37,806 nucleotides of DNA from an uncultured Gemmatimonadaceae bacterium. GTDB taxonomy: Bacteria; Gemmatimonadota; Gemmatimonadetes; Gemmatimonadales; GWC2-71-9. The position numbers were made by a program, and so were the translations under genes. Shown here piece after piece: positions 33,126-37,806 of the stretch. The notes beneath the pieces are model-generated. The model saw nothing but the letters and a program-made list of their open reading frames with translations, made no database searches and was not told where the DNA came from. Location of the stretch: positions 16,481 to 54,286 of the forward strand of contig CAYWNR010000001.1 of NCBI GenBank assembly GCA_964459705.1, given 5' to 3'. Positions within the stretch are counted from its first letter, which is position 1. Every line of letters begins with the position of its first letter.

Positions 33126-34847
33126 ATGGACCGGAACGACGTCGCCGCCACACTCAAAGAGATTGCCGCTCTGCTCCAGCTCAAGGGGGAGAGCCGCTTC
33201 CGGGTGCGCGTGTATCAAACCGCCGCCCGCGTGATCGCGGCGCACCCCGGCGATCTGCGGATCGCGCGCGCACGCGGCACGTTGGCCGAGCTATCCGGTC
33301 TCGGTCCCACGACCCTCGAGATCATCGACGAGTTGCTGGATACGGGACGGTGCACCGTGGCGGAGGATCTGCGTGACCAGGTGCCGCCCGGCCTCGCGGA
33401 GATGCTGCAGATCCCCGGTTTGGGGGTCACCAGGGTGCGACAGATTCACGAGAGCCTCCACGTGGACGAGCTCGCCGATCTGGGCGAGGCGGCGCGGGAC
33501 GGCCGTCTCGCGCGGCTGCCGCGGTTCGGGCCCAGGACCGCCGAGCGCATTCTCCGTGGGATCGCGTTCCTGCAGCAGCAGGCCGGGGCGTTGCTCGTCC
33601 ACCACGCGCGCCGGGAAGCGGAGACGCTCGCTGCCGCGCTCCGGACCCTGCCCGACATCGAGCGGGTGGAGATCGCAGGCAGCCTGCGTCGCCGGTGCGA
33701 GTTGGTGCGCGATCTCGATCTCGTCATCGTCACCGCGCGGCCCGCGAGCGGGCTCCTCGGAGACGTGCGCCGTCTCCCTGGTGTCACCGAGGCCACCGCT
33801 CACGGCCCGGACGCCATCCACGTGCGCATGGACGGGGGAACGTCGGCGGATCTGTATCCCACGCCGCAGACGCGGGCCGGTTTCACCCTGCTCCGCGCGA
33901 CCGGCACCACGGCGCATCTCGCCCTGTTGGCGGCGCGCGCGGCAGAGCGCGGCGTATCCTGGAACGAGGACGGGCTGCGCGGACCGAGGGGGTTGCTCCC
34001 CGCGGAAAGCGAGGAGGCCGTGTTCGGCGCCCTGGCGATGGCCTGGATACCGCCCGAGCTCCGAGAGGGAGGAGAAGAAATCGAGGCCGCCATCGCCGAC
34101 ACCCTGCCCCACCTCGTGGAACGCGGCGATCTGCAGGGCTTTCTCCACTGTCATTCCCACTACTCCGATGGGACCAGTGGAATGGCGGAATGGATCGCGG
34201 CGGCCGGGGCCGCCGGGTATCGCTACGTGGGCATCACCGACCATTCCCCTGCCACGGCGTTCGGCGGCGGTCTTGCCGCGGGAGACATCGAGCGCCAGCA
34301 TCGCGACATCGACGCGGCCAACGCCGCGACCGATCAGTGCCGACTCCTGAAGGGCGTCGAGGCGGACATTCTCGCGAGCGGCACGCTCGACTACTCCCCG
34401 ACGCTGCGGCGGCGGTTCGACTTCATCATCGCGTCGGTGCACAGCCGGCACGGAATGGACGACGAGGCCATGACCGACCGCGTGCTCAGGGCCATGGACG
34501 ACCCGACCATGACCATCCTCGGCCACCCCACCGGGAGGCTCCTGCTCTCGCGCGACCCGTTTCCGCTCGATCTCGATCGCGTGTTCGCGCGCGCGGCGGA
34601 GCGACGCATCGCGATCGAGATCAACGCGGATCCCCAACGGCTGGATCTCGACTGGCGGGTGCTGCGGCGGGCGGTGGCCGCGGGCGTCCCGATCTCGATC
34701 GGCGCCGACGCCCACGGCCCCGCGCAGATGAGCAACATGGACCACGGCATCGGCATCGCGCGCAAGGGATGGCTCCGCGCGGACGACATCCTCAACACCC
34801 GACCGCTCGAGGCGTTTCTCGCCTTCGCCCGCGCGAGGCGCGCATGA
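33126..34847 (+). CDS. polX: Family X DNA polymerase with C-terminal PHP domain (PolX), 573 aa
   Basis: ATG 33126 gives MDRNDVAATLKEIAALLQLKGESRFRVRVYQTAARVI. Helix-hairpin-helix segments LSGLGPTTLEII and IPGLGVTRVRQI. Pol-beta nucleotidyltransferase motif GSLRRRCELVRDLDLVIV. PHP motifs HCHSHYSDG and GITDHS. The listed start at 32808 adds an R/G-rich junk extension. Confidence 0.9.
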   Translation: MDRNDVAATLKEIAALLQLKGESRFRVRVYQTAARVIAAHPGDLRIARARGTLAELSGLGPTTLEIIDELLDTGRCTVAEDLRDQVPPGLAEMLQIPGLGVTRVRQIHESLHVDELADLGEAARDGRLARLPRFGPRTAERILRGIAFLQQQAGALLVHHARREAETLAAALRTLPDIERVEIAGSLRRRCELVRDLDLVIVTARPASGLLGDVRRLPGVTEATAHGPDAIHVRMDGGTSADLYPTPQTRAGFTLLRATGTTAHLALLAARAAERGVSWNEDGLRGPRGLLPAESEEAVFGALAMAWIPPELREGGEEIEAAIADTLPHLVERGDLQGFLHCHSHYSDGTSGMAEWIAAAGAAGYRYVGITDHSPATAFGGGLAAGDIERQHRDIDAANAATDQCRLLKGVEADILASGTLDYSPTLRRRFDFIIASVHSRHGMDDEAMTDRVLRAMDDPTMTILGHPTGRLLLSRDPFPLDLDRVFARAAERRIAIEINADPQRLDLDWRVLRRAVAAGVPISIGADAHGPAQMSNMDHGIGIARKGWLRADDILNTRPLEAFLAFARARRA

Positions 34848-35542
34848 AGACGCCGAAGGAACGCATTGGGCCAATCATCCGGAAGTTGAAGCGACGCTTC
34901 CCGGAAGCACGCTGCTCGCTCGATTACGAGACGCCGTTGCATCTCCTCGTCGCCACGATTCTCTCCGCCCAGTGTACCGACGAGCGGGTCAACATGGTGA
35001 CGCCGGCGCTGTTCACCCGGTACCGCACGGCGGTGGATTTCGCCGACGCGAACCCGGCCGAGTTGGAAGAGATGATCCGCTCCACGGGGTTCTATCGGAA
35101 CAAGACGAAGTCGCTGATCGGCATGGGCCGCGCGTTGACGGAACGCTTCGGCGGGGAGGTGCCCCGCACCATGGAGGAGCTGACGAGCGTTCCCGGGGCC
35201 GGCCGGAAGACGGCCAACGTCGTGCTCGGGAACGCGTTCGGGATTGCCGACGGGGTGGTGGTCGACACGCACGTCGGCCGCATCAGCCAGCGGTTGGGTC
35301 TCACTCGGCACCAGGACGCGACGAAGATCGAGCGCGACTTGATGGCGATCGTCCCGCGTCGCGAGTGGACGCTCTTCCCGCACCTGATGATCCACCACGG
35401 CCGCGCCATCTGCCAGGCCCGGAAGCCGCAATGCGAAGTCTGTCCGATCAACGATCTCTGTCCGTTCCCGGGCCGGGACGCACCCCGCCCCAGATCGAAG
35501 CTCGGCGCCCGACCGCCGCGTCGTCCTTCGCGGTCGTCGTGA
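34844..35542 (+). CDS. nth: Endonuclease III (DNA glycosylase/AP lyase), 232 aa
   Basis: LLVATILSAQCTDERVN, HhH-GPD segment LPGVGRKTA-like SVPGAGRKTANVVL, VDTHV, and the Fe-S motif CQARKPQCEVCPINDLC (C-X6-C-X2-C-X5-C). Its ATG overlaps the PolX TGA as ATGA. There is a basic Pro/Arg-rich C-terminal tail. Confidence 0.93.
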   Translation: MKTPKERIGPIIRKLKRRFPEARCSLDYETPLHLLVATILSAQCTDERVNMVTPALFTRYRTAVDFADANPAELEEMIRSTGFYRNKTKSLIGMGRALTERFGGEVPRTMEELTSVPGAGRKTANVVLGNAFGIADGVVVDTHVGRISQRLGLTRHQDATKIERDLMAIVPRREWTLFPHLMIHHGRAICQARKPQCEVCPINDLCPFPGRDAPRPRSKLGARPPRRPSRSS

Positions 35543-35609
35543 GCGCCGGCGGGCGGCACACCCCGGCGCGCGGTATCGCCGGAGCGTAGCCGGGTCTAAG
35601 ATTCCCCCC

Positions 35610-37715
35610 ATGTCGTCCCGCCTCGCCGACGCCCGTTCCGCTTATCTCCGTTCCGCCGTGCACCAGCCGGTCGACTGGTATCCGTGGACGGAGGAAGCCT
35701 TCGCCCGGGCCCAGCGTGAGCAGCGGCCGATCCTGCTCGATATCGGGGCGGTCTGGTGCCACTGGTGTCACGTGATGGACCGGGAGTCGTATGAGGACCC
35801 GGCCCTCGCCGCCCAGCTCAATGACGAGTGGATCTGCATCAAGGTCGACCGGGACGAGCGACCGGACGTGGACGCCCGGTACCAACGGGCCGTGCAGGCA
35901 ATCACCGGCCAGGGTGGCTGGCCGCTCACCGCGTTTCTCACGCCGGACGGTGCGGTCTTCTACGGCGGCACGTACTTCCCGCCGGACGCGCGCCAGGGAC
36001 GGCCGGGATTCGCGGCCGTGTTGCGCGAGCTGCGCCGCGCGTTCCGGGAGGACGGAGACAAGGTCAAGCAACAGGCCGCGATCATCCGACAGCACGTGGC
36101 GGCGCACGCGCTCGAATCGCAGCCCGGCACCGTCCCGGACGACCTCGTGCGTCGCAGCGTCGAGGGAATGGCGCGGGTGTTCGACTTCGAGCACGGCGGC
36201 TTTGGAGGACAACCCAAGTTCCCGCACCCGACGGCGTGCGAGGTGCTGTTGCACCATTGGCGTGACACCGGCGAGACCGGTTCCCGTGAAATGGTGGACC
36301 GCACGCTCACCGCGATGGCGCGGGGTGGGGTGTACGATCACGTTGGTGGCGGCTTCCATCGGTATGCCGTGGACGCCCGCTGGATCGTGCCACACTTCGA
36401 GAAGATGACGTACGACAACTCCGAGCTGCTGCGCGTGTACGTGCATGCCCTCGCTTCGCTTGGGCCGGCGGACCGGCGGACCGGCGGACCGGCGGACGGG
36501 GACGAGGGTGGGACCGGGACGCTGTACCAGCGGACCATCGAGGGCATTACTGACTGGGTGTTGACCACGATGGCGGATCCGCTGGGTGGGTACTACGCCT
36601 CGCAGGACGCGGATGTGGGGCTCGCGGACGACGGGGACTACTTCACCTGGACACTCGACGAGGTTCAAGCGGCGGTGGACGATCCCGAGCGGGCGGCGCT
36701 CGTCCGGCGCTTCGACGTCGAGCGGCAGGGTGAGATGCCGCACGACCCCACGCGGAACGTCCTCTGGGTGCGCGATTCCCACCGCGACATCGCGACGGCG
36801 CTCGCCATTCAGCCGAGCGAGGCGGCCGCGCTGGTCCAGCGCGGGCTGGAGCGGCTGCTCGCCGCGCGCGGACGACGCCCCGTGCCACTGGTCGACACGA
36901 CGCTGTATGCCGGTTGGAACGCCATGATGGCATCGGCCATGCTGGAAGCGGCCGCCTTACTCGATCGCCGCGATCTCGACGCTCACGCGCTGCGCACCCT
37001 CGAGCGGCTCCTGACGGAGGGGGCGGACGGCTCCGGCGGCGTGCGGCACGCCATCGGGAGCGGCGTCGAGGGACTGCTCGACGATCATGTCCATCTCGCG
37101 AACGCCTGCGTGACCGCTTTCGAGAGCACGGGTCGTCACACGTGGCTCACGCGGGGGGCTCAGCTGATGAATCACGTCTGGGAACACTATCACGCGGACG
37201 ACGGCGGTCTCTACGATCGGCGCGCGTCCGACGGCAACGGGCTCCTGCCCGAGCGACTCCGCCCCATCCTCGACGCGCCGACACCGTCACCGAACGGGGT
37301 CGCGGCCGTGGTGCTCGCGCGGCTCGCCGCGCATGACTCCGCCAATACCATGTGGGGCGCCCGCCAGGAAGAACTGCTCACCGCGTTCGGCGGGGGACTC
37401 GAAGATCTCGGACTGCACGGCGCGGCGCTGCTGCTCGGTGCCGATTGGGCCCACGGACCAACCGCGCACGTGGTCGTCGTGGCCCGCGATGACGAGCCGG
37501 GACGGGCGTTGCGCAGGGCGGCGCGCGTGGGGTTCCGGCCGCGCAAGGTCGTCACGTTGCTCGATCCCGACGCGACGACCTCGGCGACCGTCCCCGAGGC
37601 CGTCCGCGCCATGCTCGACGGCGCGAACCCGCGCGCCTACGTGTGCGTCGGGCCGGAATGCCGAGCGCCGGTGACGTCGTCGGAGGAACTCCTGGAGGCT
37701 TTGAACACACCATGA
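35610..37715 (+). CDS. Thioredoxin-domain protein of the YyaL/DUF255 type, with a C-terminal six-hairpin glycosidase-like domain (701 aa)
   Basis: The N-terminus ...AVHQPVDWYPWTEEAFARAQREQRPILLDIGAVWCHWCHVMDRESYEDP...INDEWICIKVDRDERPDVD is the characteristic DUF255 thioredoxin-like region. The length also matches that family. Confidence 0.88.
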   Translation: MSSRLADARSAYLRSAVHQPVDWYPWTEEAFARAQREQRPILLDIGAVWCHWCHVMDRESYEDPALAAQLNDEWICIKVDRDERPDVDARYQRAVQAITGQGGWPLTAFLTPDGAVFYGGTYFPPDARQGRPGFAAVLRELRRAFREDGDKVKQQAAIIRQHVAAHALESQPGTVPDDLVRRSVEGMARVFDFEHGGFGGQPKFPHPTACEVLLHHWRDTGETGSREMVDRTLTAMARGGVYDHVGGGFHRYAVDARWIVPHFEKMTYDNSELLRVYVHALASLGPADRRTGGPADGDEGGTGTLYQRTIEGITDWVLTTMADPLGGYYASQDADVGLADDGDYFTWTLDEVQAAVDDPERAALVRRFDVERQGEMPHDPTRNVLWVRDSHRDIATALAIQPSEAAALVQRGLERLLAARGRRPVPLVDTTLYAGWNAMMASAMLEAAALLDRRDLDAHALRTLERLLTEGADGSGGVRHAIGSGVEGLLDDHVHLANACVTAFESTGRHTWLTRGAQLMNHVWEHYHADDGGLYDRRASDGNGLLPERLRPILDAPTPSPNGVAAVVLARLAAHDSANTMWGARQEELLTAFGGGLEDLGLHGAALLLGADWAHGPTAHVVVVARDDEPGRALRRAARVGFRPRKVVTLLDPDATTSATVPEAVRAMLDGANPRAYVCVGPECRAPVTSSEELLEALNTP

Positions 37716-37806
37716 CGGTGGATTTCGCGGTCGCGTGCGACTATGCGCTCATCGACCAGCACGGGAAGCTCTCGGTGCTGGGGATCTTCCAGCACATCTG
37801 GGCCGT
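37712..37806 (+). CDS. Hypothetical protein, 5' fragment (runs off the right edge)
   Basis: ATG 37712 overlaps the preceding TGA as ATGA. The frame MTVDFAVACDYALIDQHGKLSVLGIFQHIWA is open to the window end. Confidence 0.5.
   Translation, partial: MTVDFAVACDYALIDQHGKLSVLGIFQHIWA

Noticed and set aside
35543-35569. Possible stem-loop after nth (GCGCCGG ...13 nt... CCGGCGC)
   Set aside because: The stem is only 7 bp with a large loop and no following T-tract, in a region where GC-rich inverted repeats arise by chance. It is not convincing as an intrinsic terminator.
31658-36782. Minus-strand ORFs 31658-32770, 33291-34874, 34391-35611 and 35448-36782; also the plus-strand ORF 27447-28724
   Set aside because: They are antisense to confidently identified genes (hydrolase, PolX, nth, YyaL-like, HEAT proteins) and have Arg/Gly/Pro-dominated composition.
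1-37806. Mobile elements, prophage, CRISPR, tRNA or rRNA, and known defence systems
   Set aside because: I saw no transposase, integrase or recombinase motifs, no short regularly spaced repeat-spacer array, no tRNA-like cloverleaf candidates in the short intergenic gaps, and no nuclease, ATPase or methylase gene sets typical of defence islands.

Overview
Very GC-rich bacterial chromosome segment; codon third positions are almost all G/C, so the ORF track is full of long spurious antisense and out-of-frame ORFs. No rRNA, tRNA, CRISPR, transposase or integrase was recognised. The left 21 kb (nt 1-21137, minus strand) is one tightly packed, translationally coupled operon. In order it encodes a 69-aa small protein, a 4017-aa Sec-signal giant protein, a five-module FN3 protein, a periplasmic TPR protein and a 557-aa outer-membrane beta-barrel. 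It ends in a large Ig-repeat / beta-helix-like lipoprotein that runs off the left edge and is absent from the supplied ORF track; I recovered it by reverse-complement translation. I recognise no component of a known secretion pathway, so this is my candidate for an undescribed cell-envelope system. It is transcribed divergently from a 1295-aa regulator with a SARP-type DNA-binding domain, a P-loop ATPase, one TM helix and C-terminal TPRs. The 93-nt gap between them holds four heptamer repeats at exact 11-bp phasing, the layout expected of a SARP binding site. An orphan PqqD-like gene overlaps the regulator's 3' end. The right half is mostly housekeeping: M42 peptidase, two paralogous HEAT-repeat proteins, M28-PDZ peptidase, GAF/fRMsr-like protein, alpha/beta hydrolase, a hypothetical, PolX-PHP, endonuclease III, a YyaL-like thioredoxin-domain protein and a partial hypothetical. 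All family assignments rest on motifs I read in the translations; no database search was possible.
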